A program made the position numbers and the translations under genes. DNA of 64,000 bases from Ignavibacteriota bacterium (lineage in GTDB: Bacteria; Bacteroidota; Ignavibacteria; UBA10030; UBA6906): the NCBI GenBank assembly GCA_963702445.1, contig CAVPCZ010000012.1, positions 78,668-142,667 of the forward strand. The letters are read 5' to 3'. Positions 22,423 to 31,746 of this stretch are shown one piece after another. How positions within the stretch are numbered: the first letter of the stretch is position 1; each line of letters opens with the position of its first letter. The notes under the pieces are model-generated. The model did no database searches, had not been told where the DNA came from, and was given only the letters and a program-made list of their open reading frames with translations.

Positions 22423-23988
22423 TCAGGTCTTCACGCGATACACGGTATCCAGCAGCGACCCGTCAACCCACTTCACCACCGCAACAGGATGTTCAGTATC
22501 CACAACCGGGGGCGTCGGTTTTCCGCCGCAGATGTCAAACACCTCACGCTGGATATCCCGCAAATCCCGGATCGGCATTCCCGAATGGGCCACGGCCTGC
22601 ATCAGGTCTTTTCTTCCAGGGTGTATGGCAATCCCCCGCTCTGTCACGACCACATCGATCAACTGACCCGGACCGCAAAGAGTCGTGACCCGGTCCACGA
22701 TGACCGGAATTCTGTCGCGGAATGAAGGCACGGCCAGGATGGTACAGCGCGAGAAGAGACAATCCTGCCACCCGCCGATCCCGTGAAGCAGATAACCGTC
22801 AGAATGAGAGACGACGTTGGCGTTGAAGTCGCAATCCACTTCGGTCGCCCCGAGAACAACGAGATCCACCATCGAGGCGAAATTCCCCTTGCCGTGATAA
22901 TTGTATGAGGTAAACGGGGAGGTTGCCAGATGCCGGGGATCTTCCTTCAAAGACCGCACACCTTCCTGGTCAAAAGCCTGTCCGTCAAGGATATAGTCCG
23001 TCAGTCCTTCATTCAGAAGATTCACGAGATACTGCGTACTCCCCCCGCGCACGAACCGGGCTTTCACTCCCCGCGCCTTCATACGCTCCTGTAATTTCAG
23101 CACGAACGCCAGACTTGTCCCTCCGGCTCCTGCCTGAAATGAGAATCCGTTCTTCATGATTCCGGCGGCTTCCGCGAAGCGGGCCGCCAGGTCGGCAATC
23201 AACTGTCTGTCGGGGCTCCGGGTAACAACGGTCGTCCCCGAGACAATCAATTCCGGATTCCCGAGCGATGGCACTTCAACGACATAGTCAACATGATTGC
23301 CTTGAATCGCCCATGGTATACAGGGGAAAGGGACCAGGTTATCCGTCACGACTATAACCCTGTCGGCGTACTCCGAATCCGCCAGCGCGAACCCGAGGGG
23401 TCCGCATGCGGAAGATCCGCTCACACCGTTGGCGTTGCCGAACGCGTCAGCGGAAGGCGCAGCGATCACCGCGATATCGATATGGACTTCGCCATCCTGC
23501 ACCGCCTGATATCTCGTTCCATGTGAGCGGAGGACCCCCACGCCTTTCATGTTCCCCTCGGTGGCAAATCGTCCGAGGGCCCCGTTCATACTTCCTTCGA
23601 TATGGTGGATCAACCCTGACTGCAGGTAGGGGATGAGATCCTCGTGGCACGGGAACGATGCGCTCGGGAACCACCGGATCCCCTTCACGCCCATCTGGCG
23701 GACGGTTTCAAAGAGGACGCCCGTGAGAGCGTCCCCGTTCCTGAGGTGATGGTGGGTTGAGATCGTCATCCCGTTTCGCAGACCCGCGCGCCGCAGGGCA
23801 TCTTTGAGGCTCTTGACGAGCTTATTGCCATCGGCAGGGAAATCAGCGCAACTGCGGACCGGGGGGCCGGCCTTCCGGCCCTTCGGGGGAATCCCCTCAA
23901 CGCGGGCAAACGGAACCTGAGGCATCCCGTTTACCGTATGCGGCACCAATCGTCCGGCGGCGTTCTTGACGAAACTGGAACGTTTCAT
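22423..23988 (-). CDS. citF: Citrate lyase alpha subunit (citrate:acetyl-ACP/CoA transferase)
   Basis: GMTISTHHHLRNGD, LRSHG, CGPLGFA, FSFQAGAGG, LGATEVD...NANV, GIGGWQD, DVVVTERGIA; 521 aa. Confidence 0.92.
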   Translation of the reverse strand: MKRSSFVKNAAGRLVPHTVNGMPQVPFARVEGIPPKGRKAGPPVRSCADFPADGNKLVKSLKDALRRAGLRNGMTISTHHHLRNGDALTGVLFETVRQMGVKGIRWFPSASFPCHEDLIPYLQSGLIHHIEGSMNGALGRFATEGNMKGVGVLRSHGTRYQAVQDGEVHIDIAVIAAPSADAFGNANGVSGSSACGPLGFALADSEYADRVIVVTDNLVPFPCIPWAIQGNHVDYVVEVPSLGNPELIVSGTTVVTRSPDRQLIADLAARFAEAAGIMKNGFSFQAGAGGTSLAFVLKLQERMKARGVKARFVRGGSTQYLVNLLNEGLTDYILDGQAFDQEGVRSLKEDPRHLATSPFTSYNYHGKGNFASMVDLVVLGATEVDCDFNANVVSHSDGYLLHGIGGWQDCLFSRCTILAVPSFRDRIPVIVDRVTTLCGPGQLIDVVVTERGIAIHPGRKDLMQAVAHSGMPIRDLRDIQREVFDICGGKPTPPVVDTEHPVAVVKWVDGSLLDTVYRVKT

Positions 23989-25196
23989 GGAACACCTCCC
24001 TCTTCCCCGAACTGTTCAGCCAGCCGGAGAACCCGTTCGGCCCGCAGGACAACCGGTGCGTCCACCATCTTGGACCCGAGAGCGACCACACCGGATCCGT
24101 TCTTCCGGGCTTCTTCCGCAGCGCGGACAATCTGCTTCGCTCTTTCGATTTCATTTTCGGTCGGGGCAAACGCCGAATGGACAACGGCAACCTGACGCGG
24201 ATGAATGCACCCCTTTCCTTCGAATCCGAGGGACTTCGCCTCGAGTGTGCTCATCCGGAGTCCGTCGGAATCATCAACATCACCGTACACGCTGTCGAGC
24301 GCCTGAACACCGGCGGCTTTCGCGGCGTTGACGATCGACATCCGCGCAAAGAGGCTCTCTCTCCCCTCCGCCGTCCGTTCCACCCCTATGTCCGCCGTAT
24401 AATCTTCAAGGCCGATGGCCAGTCCGCAAATGCGTGCAGACGAAGAGGCGATGGCATAGGCGTTCACCACACCCAGTGCGGTTTCGATGATCGGCAGGAG
24501 CAGGATTTCCCGGCCCACATGGTGCTGCCGCTCCAGTGCACGGAGCTCGCTTGCCACCACCGTCACGGTATCCGCATCCTCGCATTTCGGTATCAGGATC
24601 AGATCCGGTTTGCCGGACATCACCGTCCGGAGATCTTCGAGGCCGGGGCGTCCCTGGTTGATCCGGACCGACCGCTCGGCATCAAAGAAGTCGACGCTGC
24701 GAAGGGCATTACGAACCAGGAGGCGTGCGGCGTCCTTTTCCTCCGGCGCGACGCTGTCTTCCAGATCCAGAATGATCACGTCGGGTCTGTGCAGACCGGC
24801 GTTGACGAAGAATTTGGGTTCATTCCCCGGAAGATAAAGCCGGGTTCTCCGGGGACGGTCCTTCCCCTGCGGTACCTTTTTCCGGGCTGCCTGTGCGGTG
24901 AGATACTCTCCGCCACCCGGGAAGAGTGCGCGTTTTGCCGCAGCTTCGATCCTCGCGGCGAGTACGAACGGCAGGGCTCCCTGGTCAACGATGCGGAGAT
25001 CGGCATGGTGAAGTCCGATGGCAGAACAGACTTCTTTCGCCAGAGCCGAAATCGACCCCCCATACAGGGAACTGACTTTGCTTTCCACAAACACGGTCAC
25101 TCCCCCGCGGAGCTTCACGTCGACCTCGACATAGCAGTCGGATCGGGTGGATACTTCCCTTCTACCGGCGGAGAAGACTTTCTTCAATCGAGCCAT
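23985..25196 (-). CDS. citE: Fused citrate lyase acyl-carrier protein (CitD, N-terminal ~90 aa) + citryl-CoA/ACP lyase beta subunit (CitE)
   Basis: N-term AG...RSDCYV...SKVSSLYG...DQGALPFVLAARIEAA (CitD-like); then RRTRLYLPGN, ILDLEDSV, IIETALG, GLEDY, GKGCIHPRQV, MVDAPV (CitE). Confidence 0.88.
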   Translation of the reverse strand: MARLKKVFSAGRREVSTRSDCYVEVDVKLRGGVTVFVESKVSSLYGGSISALAKEVCSAIGLHHADLRIVDQGALPFVLAARIEAAAKRALFPGGGEYLTAQAARKKVPQGKDRPRRTRLYLPGNEPKFFVNAGLHRPDVIILDLEDSVAPEEKDAARLLVRNALRSVDFFDAERSVRINQGRPGLEDLRTVMSGKPDLILIPKCEDADTVTVVASELRALERQHHVGREILLLPIIETALGVVNAYAIASSSARICGLAIGLEDYTADIGVERTAEGRESLFARMSIVNAAKAAGVQALDSVYGDVDDSDGLRMSTLEAKSLGFEGKGCIHPRQVAVVHSAFAPTENEIERAKQIVRAAEEARKNGSGVVALGSKMVDAPVVLRAERVLRLAEQFGEEGGVP

Positions 25197-25211
25197 GGAG
25201 TAATTTCCGCG

Positions 25212-26192
25212 TCAAATGAGTTGCGCAAGTTGTCCGGCGATCACCTGGAGATCCATTCCTTTGGTGAACGGAAGGCAGGCTCCGTGGGTTATTCTCACCT
25301 TGTCGATCCACTCCTGCGGGATGAGAGAAAGGCCGTGTCTGGCACCGCAGAGGGCCCCGACGATGGCAGCGATGGTGTCGGCGTCCCGGCCCCAGTTGCC
25401 TGCATAGATAATCCCCCTCCGGAAATCTCCATCGACCAGTTTAAACACCGCGAATGCTTCTGAGACCGCCTCCGGGGCAACTGCTTTGTACTCCGTCCAG
25501 AGTGCCCGGTGGAGGGGCATCCAGGCATTCTCGAGTGTCCCGTATTCCCTGATGATGTTCTCGGTGCGCACGAGCATCTGCCGGGACCACGAATCCTCGG
25601 GTGTAACATCAACCGCGGCCCGGCAGATTTCGTCGACCGTGCCGCCGGCCATGGCGACCGAAACGCCGGCGGCCACCGCCTGGGCGCCCCAGATGCCGTC
25701 GCGCCAGTGGCTGATACGCGCATCGATTTCCGCGAGCCGGGCGGCAGCTGCGGGATCACCCGCAGCAACGATCCCCGCGGGAGTCACGCGCATCGCGGCG
25801 CCATCGCTCATATGATGGGAGTTGTGCTGACCCGACAGGGGGGGCAACACGCCACGGCGAATGTTCACCGCCGCCTCCCGTTCACTGGCCCCGCCCCGGT
25901 TCAATGCCGTCAGCGGCAGCACATGACGCTGCCATCCGGCAAGCACAACCTCATCGCTCAGATCGCCTTTGCAGTCGATCAGCGACTGTGCAGTCAGCAG
26001 GGCGAACTCCGTGTCGTCCGTTCCAGGCGCCGGGCCCTCACGAAAATCCATCGTGATGCCAAACGCGAAGTGGTTCTCGGGTGTGCGTGCCGCATCCCCG
26101 AAGGAATCCCCGATGGCGTGTCCGATCAGCGCACCGCACGCACGATCGACACAGAGGTCCTTGTTCTTGCGTAGCTCGGCTCGTGAGAGCAT
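25212..26192 (-). CDS. ADP-ribosylglycohydrolase family protein (ARH-D)
   Basis: GHAIGDSFG, TDDTEF, SDGAAMR, GRDADTIAAIVG motifs of the DraG/ARH fold. Confidence 0.9.
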   Translation of the reverse strand: MLSRAELRKNKDLCVDRACGALIGHAIGDSFGDAARTPENHFAFGITMDFREGPAPGTDDTEFALLTAQSLIDCKGDLSDEVVLAGWQRHVLPLTALNRGGASEREAAVNIRRGVLPPLSGQHNSHHMSDGAAMRVTPAGIVAAGDPAAAARLAEIDARISHWRDGIWGAQAVAAGVSVAMAGGTVDEICRAAVDVTPEDSWSRQMLVRTENIIREYGTLENAWMPLHRALWTEYKAVAPEAVSEAFAVFKLVDGDFRRGIIYAGNWGRDADTIAAIVGALCGARHGLSLIPQEWIDKVRITHGACLPFTKGMDLQVIAGQLAQLI

Positions 26193-26205
26193 CGTCTGCC
26201 TGTCC

Positions 26206-27540
26206 TTAGTGGGGAGTGAGTGCAATCGCGGTTGTCCGCTGCGCCAGATCATCGATGGCGGCGTTGTCAAAACCCTTCAGACTGCTCCTGATTCTGTTAT
26301 TGAGGGGGACGGTCCACCGTCCCGGAAGACGGCGAGCCCCGAGCATGGTTCCGACGACGGAACCGACAGTCGCCCCGTTGCTATCGGTATCCCAGCCGCC
26401 CATAACCACATTGCAGACCGATCGTTCGAAATCTCCGTTCCCGTACAGAAGCGCCGCGACAACCAGCGAAATGTTGTTGATCGTGTGCACCCAGTGATAC
26501 CGCCCAAACTGTTCGTAGAGCCGGTCCACCGCACCCTCCCACGCAGGCTCGGAAGAGGGGAGAGAAAGCGCAAAGCGGACGGCCGCTGCGAAGCGCGATT
26601 TCGGCGGGACAAAGCGGAGCGCGGATTCCACGACAGCCCGCGGTTCGGTGAGCACGCATGCCGCGGCAACCATCGCCGCCACAAAGAGTTCGCCGTACAT
26701 CCCGTTGCGAACGTGGCTCAGGCGTGCATCCCTGAATGAGAGGCCCGCCGCAGCGTGAGGATCACCGGGACAGACCCAGCCGAAGATATCGCCACGGATC
26801 TGAGCACCGATCCATTCGCGATACGGATTACGGTGGAGTGCCGTAGCCGGCGGCAGAAGCCCTTCGAGACAATTCAGATACGCCACCCGTTCCGCCGTGA
26901 AGGTCGAGAGCACCGGCAATTTCTCCAGCCAGGCTTCCGCAACATGTTCCGTGGCAAAACCGCGGCCGGCGGTCTCCAGAACAGAAAGGTTCAGCATGGG
27001 GTAATTCATGTCGTCATCCTCCGTCATACAGAGGATGTTTTCGCGCAGGCTTTCTTTCCCGGCATGGCGATTCCACGGGAACCGGTTCAGTATTTCCTGT
27101 GGAACTCCCTTTTCGGTGATATAGTATGCGAGCGGCCATGATCCGCTGGCACTAAGGATCTCCCTGATGCCCGCCCTGGGGATCTTTTCCACCGGTTTTC
27201 CCAGAAGGCATCCGGCGGCACGGCCGAGCCATCCTCCGGTGATCCTGTCTGTCAGGAGCGGCACCGGTGGAGGAGGAAGGGCTCCGGTGGGATTGCCGCA
27301 TGCCGCAAAAATGCCTTCCAGGGTTGATGGTTCGTCTATGGTCTCGGCCTGCAGACCGGGGGTGTCGCTCAGTGAATCAAGAAATTCGAATGCGTCACGG
27401 CGAAGCGTTTCCGGCGACGACGCAGCCGACGCGAGGTCGATCCACCGGCGGCGCAGACCCTTTGCATCTCTTCCTTCCTCTTCGATCTGTCGCAGTTCGT
27501 TCTCGACAAGCTGCACAGGTTCGATCCATGTGATCTTCAC
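26206..27540 (-). CDS. ADP-ribosylglycohydrolase family protein, long form (ARH-C)
   Basis: GRAAGCLLGKPVE, EDDDMNY, NPYREWIGAQIR, GGWDTDSNGAT; GTG start overlaps the upstream TGA. Confidence 0.9.
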   Translation of the reverse strand: MKITWIEPVQLVENELRQIEEEGRDAKGLRRRWIDLASAASSPETLRRDAFEFLDSLSDTPGLQAETIDEPSTLEGIFAACGNPTGALPPPPVPLLTDRITGGWLGRAAGCLLGKPVEKIPRAGIREILSASGSWPLAYYITEKGVPQEILNRFPWNRHAGKESLRENILCMTEDDDMNYPMLNLSVLETAGRGFATEHVAEAWLEKLPVLSTFTAERVAYLNCLEGLLPPATALHRNPYREWIGAQIRGDIFGWVCPGDPHAAAGLSFRDARLSHVRNGMYGELFVAAMVAAACVLTEPRAVVESALRFVPPKSRFAAAVRFALSLPSSEPAWEGAVDRLYEQFGRYHWVHTINNISLVVAALLYGNGDFERSVCNVVMGGWDTDSNGATVGSVVGTMLGARRLPGRWTVPLNNRIRSSLKGFDNAAIDDLAQRTTAIALTPH

Positions 27541-28598
27541 TGGCGTTCCTCGATGGCTTCTGGAGAAGAGCAGGCGGCAACGAACGTCTCGACCAGCCCC
27601 CGGTAATCCCGCCCGGCAAGCGACTGGAGACAGATTCCCCTGAGCGGTCCCAGGCTTCCTTCCCATTGCGGGGGGATCGGCGTACCGGCTGCCAGCGCAC
27701 CGGCGATGGCGCCCACAAGTGCCGGAAGCGCGTCAGCCCCTTTGGCAAACGCAGCGGCGGTCGTCACAGCTTCGTCAAATCGTTCGCCGAATCTCTGTAC
27801 GATGGCAAGAGTAAGGGCGAGCGTTTCCGGTCCGACGCAGCCATCGCTGTATTCGGCGTTGAGGATTCTCTGGAGCAGCGGAAGGAGCGCCAGCGAAGGC
27901 ACATCCTCCCCCGAAAGCCGGAGTGCATGGTCCACGGTTCTCCTGGACCATGAATCGGCGGGAAGAATGCTGCGAGCGGCCTCGATAACCGATGTACAGG
28001 ACCCCCCCGCACACGCGATACTTACTGCCGCAGCCACCGATTGGGCGACCCAGATACCGTCTTCCGCGTTGGTCACGCACGCATCAACCGCCGCGGCAGC
28101 GGCAGCCCGGTCGGGGTTCCCGGCGTAGGCGATGCCAATGGGTACCGCCCGGCAGGCGGCGCCGTCATCAAAATAGTGGGGATTGTTCCGCCCGCTGGCC
28201 GGAGGCATGATATCGTTGCGCAGATTGGCAAGCGCTGTCTGTGTGCTTACGCCGCCCCGGACTGCTGTTCCTCCGTGCGCCAGGCCTGACCACTGCGCGG
28301 TCACCCAATCCGCGCTAACGTTACACCCGTTTGCAAGCAGGCCGTCTATGGTCCAGGCGGCCCATTCGGTATCGTCCGTCGGGCAGAGATCGAATGCCGT
28401 GAAGGGCTGATTCAGGGAGAAGGGCATTGGCACACGCAGCACTCCGGCATCTTCACGCTGCGCATCCATCTCGCGCCGGATTCTCCTTGTCCACGGGGGG
28501 AGAACGCGGCTGCGGTGGAACATCGCCGGCCAGCCGACAGCATCCCCGATTGCCAGCCCGAGCAGCGCATTGCGGCCCCGTGTCCGGAAGTCGTTCAT
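27537..28598 (-). CDS. ADP-ribosylglycohydrolase family protein with degenerate C-terminal metal motif (ARH-B)
   Basis: GLAIGDAVG, TDDTEW, FDDGAACR; KGADALPA in place of D-x-D-T; ATGA overlap with the upstream gene. Confidence 0.88.
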   Translation of the reverse strand: MNDFRTRGRNALLGLAIGDAVGWPAMFHRSRVLPPWTRRIRREMDAQREDAGVLRVPMPFSLNQPFTAFDLCPTDDTEWAAWTIDGLLANGCNVSADWVTAQWSGLAHGGTAVRGGVSTQTALANLRNDIMPPASGRNNPHYFDDGAACRAVPIGIAYAGNPDRAAAAAAVDACVTNAEDGIWVAQSVAAAVSIACAGGSCTSVIEAARSILPADSWSRRTVDHALRLSGEDVPSLALLPLLQRILNAEYSDGCVGPETLALTLAIVQRFGERFDEAVTTAAAFAKGADALPALVGAIAGALAAGTPIPPQWEGSLGPLRGICLQSLAGRDYRGLVETFVAACSSPEAIEERQ

Positions 28599-29581
28599 GA
28601 GTTCCACCTCTCGGCGAGTGCCACAAGCTGATCGGCGGTATCCTGCATATTCATGCCCCTGACGGCACTCAGGCAGACTCCGCGCGAAACAAGGACCCGC
28701 CGTGTCCATTCTTCGGGAAGCATATCGATCCCCTGCCGTGCGCCGGCGATAGCACCGGCAATTGCGGCAATGGTATCTGTATCCCGCCCGACATTCACTC
28801 CCCCGAGCACCGCATCGCGGAAGTTCCCGCGGGAGGCGGCGAGAATACCGAACGCAAGAGCGACCGCTTCCGGAGCGATGTCGGACCAGAAATAGGAAGA
28901 ACAGACGATCTTCTGATAGAGCGGATCCAGCGCGCTCCAGACATCGGGGCTTTTTTCGCCGAGACTCACCGCTTTTCTTATACCGGTCGATGTCCAGGAG
29001 TCCGGAGGAATCGCGCCAAGTGCCGCATCCACAATCCGGTCGACGGAGGCACCTTCCATGGCGCACGCGATTGCCGCGGCAACGGCCTGACCGGCGAATA
29101 TCCCTTCTCCGGCATGCGTGACAGAACCATCCATTTCCGCCAGACATGCTGCGAGTTCAGGACGTCCGGCCGCCACAATGCCAAACGGCGCCACACGCAT
29201 TGCGAGTCCGTCGCTCCATGCATGCAGATGATGGCCGCTCAGAGGCGGGAGCAAACCCTCCTGCAGATTGCGGATAGCCAGCATCTCGCTGAACCCGGCC
29301 CCCTTGTACGTGTTCGATGCCGAAATGATCTTCTCCTGCCAGCCTCTGGCAATTGCCCCGGCGCTTATCTGCGCCCCATGCTTCAACAGGAGCCTGGCGT
29401 TAAAGAGAGCATATTCCGTGTCATCGCTCCCCGTCTGGTTTTCATCCAGAAAGTCGGTCACACGCCCCCATCGCCGGGCAATGGCCCCGGGGAGCAGACC
29501 TTCCGTGGGTCCCCCCAGTGCATCGCCTATGGCGAGTCCCACGAGGCATCCGCGGGCGCGTGATATACGGTTTTCCGGCAC
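28595..29581 (-). CDS. ADP-ribosylglycohydrolase family protein (ARH-A)
   Basis: GLAIGDALG, SDDTEY, SDGLAMR, GRDTDTIAAIAG. Confidence 0.92.
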   Translation of the reverse strand: MPENRISRARGCLVGLAIGDALGGPTEGLLPGAIARRWGRVTDFLDENQTGSDDTEYALFNARLLLKHGAQISAGAIARGWQEKIISASNTYKGAGFSEMLAIRNLQEGLLPPLSGHHLHAWSDGLAMRVAPFGIVAAGRPELAACLAEMDGSVTHAGEGIFAGQAVAAAIACAMEGASVDRIVDAALGAIPPDSWTSTGIRKAVSLGEKSPDVWSALDPLYQKIVCSSYFWSDIAPEAVALAFGILAASRGNFRDAVLGGVNVGRDTDTIAAIAGAIAGARQGIDMLPEEWTRRVLVSRGVCLSAVRGMNMQDTADQLVALAERWNS

Positions 29582-29589
29582 GTCGATTC

Positions 29590-30900
29590 CTACTGATAAC
29601 GGGAGAGGACAGTATTGCTTTCTTCTTCGATGCGTTCGGCCGCCTCATCCAGGCTCAACCGGTTTGAAAAATACTCCTGGAGGACCGGATTTGCAACCCT
29701 GCTTTTCCATTCCACATACCCCGGCGCCCCCATCCATGGCCCGGTGGAAAGAAATCTCGCCGAGGCGGTTGTTACGTCCCAGCCATTGCCTGTCGAATTA
29801 AATTCGGGACGGGCAAGACACGATTTTCTTACGGGCAGCATCCAGTCGCTTTGGGCGAGACGCGCCATGTTTTCGCTGTTGAGCATAAACCGTATGAAGG
29901 ACATCGCTTCCTCCTTACGCCGTGATGCCGCAGGTATGCTCAGTGTCTGTGTACTCGCGCCCGAATTCTGCGTTCGCGCTTTCAGCGGGGGCATGACTCC
30001 CCACCGGAAACCGGCGGGGGCGTTCTCTACAAGTTGCTGGCGCGCCCAGGCACCGATGCCGATCAGCATCGCATACTTCCCCTGGAAAAAGCCTGGAATC
30101 ATCGCGGGTCCCGATTGTCCCGCGCTCGAAGGGGCCGTCGATCGATCGGCATACAGCATGGCATGCACTGTGGAGAGGAGCTCCCGTTCACCGGGCCCGA
30201 CCCGCACAACATACCTCCCCCCTTCCGTTCGGAAGAAGGACCCTCCAAATCCGATGGAGAGGTTCATGATGATATTGCCGGAGTTCCGCAGACCGATGGC
30301 GGCTCCCCAGCGGTCCACGGCGCCGTCCCCTGTCGTGTCCACGGTGAGCCTGATCGCCGCGGCCCGGAGATCCGCCCAGGACCAGGGTTTGTCAAAGGTC
30401 GGAGGTACGATGCCGGCTCTTGCCAGTAGATCCCTGTTGTAGAGTCCGATCAAGGATTCCATCACAAAAGGAATTCCGGATATCATCCCGTCCGGACGCG
30501 TCACGGATGCCCAGGCAACGTCCGTGATATCCTCCTTCATTTCAGGCTCGATCATCGGCCCGAGGTCCGTAAGGAACCCCCGCATGGCGAAGTCGACGAT
30601 CACCGATGATTCGTAATGAAAGACGTCGGGCACATCGCCGGTTTCGAACGAAGTGATCAGATAGTCGTGAATGGAGCTCCACGTGCCCTGAACGTACTCC
30701 ACGGGCATCTCCGGGTGCGCGGCATTCCATGCAGCGACAATGGCCCGGTTGGCCACCAACGCTTGCTCCTGCCATGCCAGGCTCACAAAGCGGAGCTTTG
30801 GTTCCCGATCGGCGCTGTCTTTCCCGGGCCGGAGTACGAAATAGAGTCCGCTCCCGAGGATGACCGCACCTAAGATAATATACAGGGTGTTCCGTTTCAC
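29590..30900 (-). CDS. Sugar ABC transporter substrate-binding protein (family 1, CUT1)
   Basis: N-terminal hydrophobic anchor, GDVPDVF, YNRDLLARAGI, FFQGKYAM; adjacent to two permeases. Confidence 0.9.
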   Translation of the reverse strand: MKRNTLYIILGAVILGSGLYFVLRPGKDSADREPKLRFVSLAWQEQALVANRAIVAAWNAAHPEMPVEYVQGTWSSIHDYLITSFETGDVPDVFHYESSVIVDFAMRGFLTDLGPMIEPEMKEDITDVAWASVTRPDGMISGIPFVMESLIGLYNRDLLARAGIVPPTFDKPWSWADLRAAAIRLTVDTTGDGAVDRWGAAIGLRNSGNIIMNLSIGFGGSFFRTEGGRYVVRVGPGERELLSTVHAMLYADRSTAPSSAGQSGPAMIPGFFQGKYAMLIGIGAWARQQLVENAPAGFRWGVMPPLKARTQNSGASTQTLSIPAASRRKEEAMSFIRFMLNSENMARLAQSDWMLPVRKSCLARPEFNSTGNGWDVTTASARFLSTGPWMGAPGYVEWKSRVANPVLQEYFSNRLSLDEAAERIEEESNTVLSRYQ

Positions 30901-30909
30901 GCTGTTTCC

Positions 30910-31746
30910 TTAGTTCTTCACCGCCCCCGCAACCAGACCCGAAGAAAACCACTTCTGCAGAAAACCGAACAGCAGCACCGAGGGAACCGTGGCCAGGACG
31001 CTCGCCGCGGCCAGCGGGCCAGTACGCGCCTGCCCTTCCATGCCGGTGAAGCGCGCCAGCTCCACCTGCAGCGTCATCAGGTCCGGACTCTTCATCAGGA
31101 CCAGCGCAAAGAAGAATTCGTTCCAGGCGGAGACAAACGCGAAGAGCACGGAAGCGCCTATGGCCGGGAGAAGAAGTGGTCCCAGAATCCGGAATATGAT
31201 CTGTCCCCTCGTCGCCCCGTCGATCGTTGCGGCTTCTTCAATCTCGACGGGGATCGTCCGGACGTACCCGTGCAGCATCCAGAGAATAAAGGGAAGATCC
31301 CAGACAACATAGACCAGCGTCAACCCGACAAGCGAATCGGTGAGAAATACCATCCGCAGGAGCAGGTAGAGTGGAATCAAGACCAGGATAACGGGGAAGA
31401 TCTGCGAGCCAAGAATCCAGCCAAGCGCGACGTTGTTCCACCGCGTCGAGTACCGCGCAAGGGCGTACGCCCCGGGGAGCGCGATGAGGACTGCCAGAAC
31501 AGTCGAAAAAATGCCCACGTAAAAGCTGTTCACCATGCTCGAGAGGATCTTCTGCTCCTGGAAGACGGTGCGATAATGCTCCAGTGAAGTTGTTTCCGGA
31601 AGGAGCGACACGGTTCCCGAAAAAATCTCCGGGGTGGGTTTGAACGATGTCGAAACCATCCAGACAAGGGGAAAGACGAGGAAAATCATGAACAGGAGGA
31701 GCGCAACATGAGCTGCACCGGTTCCAACGAGCGTTGTCGCCTTCAT
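30910..31746 (-). CDS. Carbohydrate ABC transporter permease (MalG-like)
   Basis: EAA loop IPVEIEEAATIDGA, AWNEFFFAL, six TM segments. Confidence 0.93.
   Translation of the reverse strand: MKATTLVGTGAAHVALLLFMIFLVFPLVWMVSTSFKPTPEIFSGTVSLLPETTSLEHYRTVFQEQKILSSMVNSFYVGIFSTVLAVLIALPGAYALARYSTRWNNVALGWILGSQIFPVILVLIPLYLLLRMVFLTDSLVGLTLVYVVWDLPFILWMLHGYVRTIPVEIEEAATIDGATRGQIIFRILGPLLLPAIGASVLFAFVSAWNEFFFALVLMKSPDLMTLQVELARFTGMEGQARTGPLAAASVLATVPSVLLFGFLQKWFSSGLVAGAVKN

Noticed and set aside
28599-29147. Cys/Arg-rich N-terminal extension on ARH-B in the ORF track
   Set aside because: It overlaps ARH-A in another frame. The real start is ATG 28598, with a GAGGTGG RBS and ATGA coupling.
25212-29581. 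ARHs as antitoxins, anti-phage factors or a DraG nitrogenase switch
   Set aside because: No ADP-ribosyltransferase, toxin, draT or nif genes in the window; the context is catabolic (ABC transporter, rbsK, LacI).
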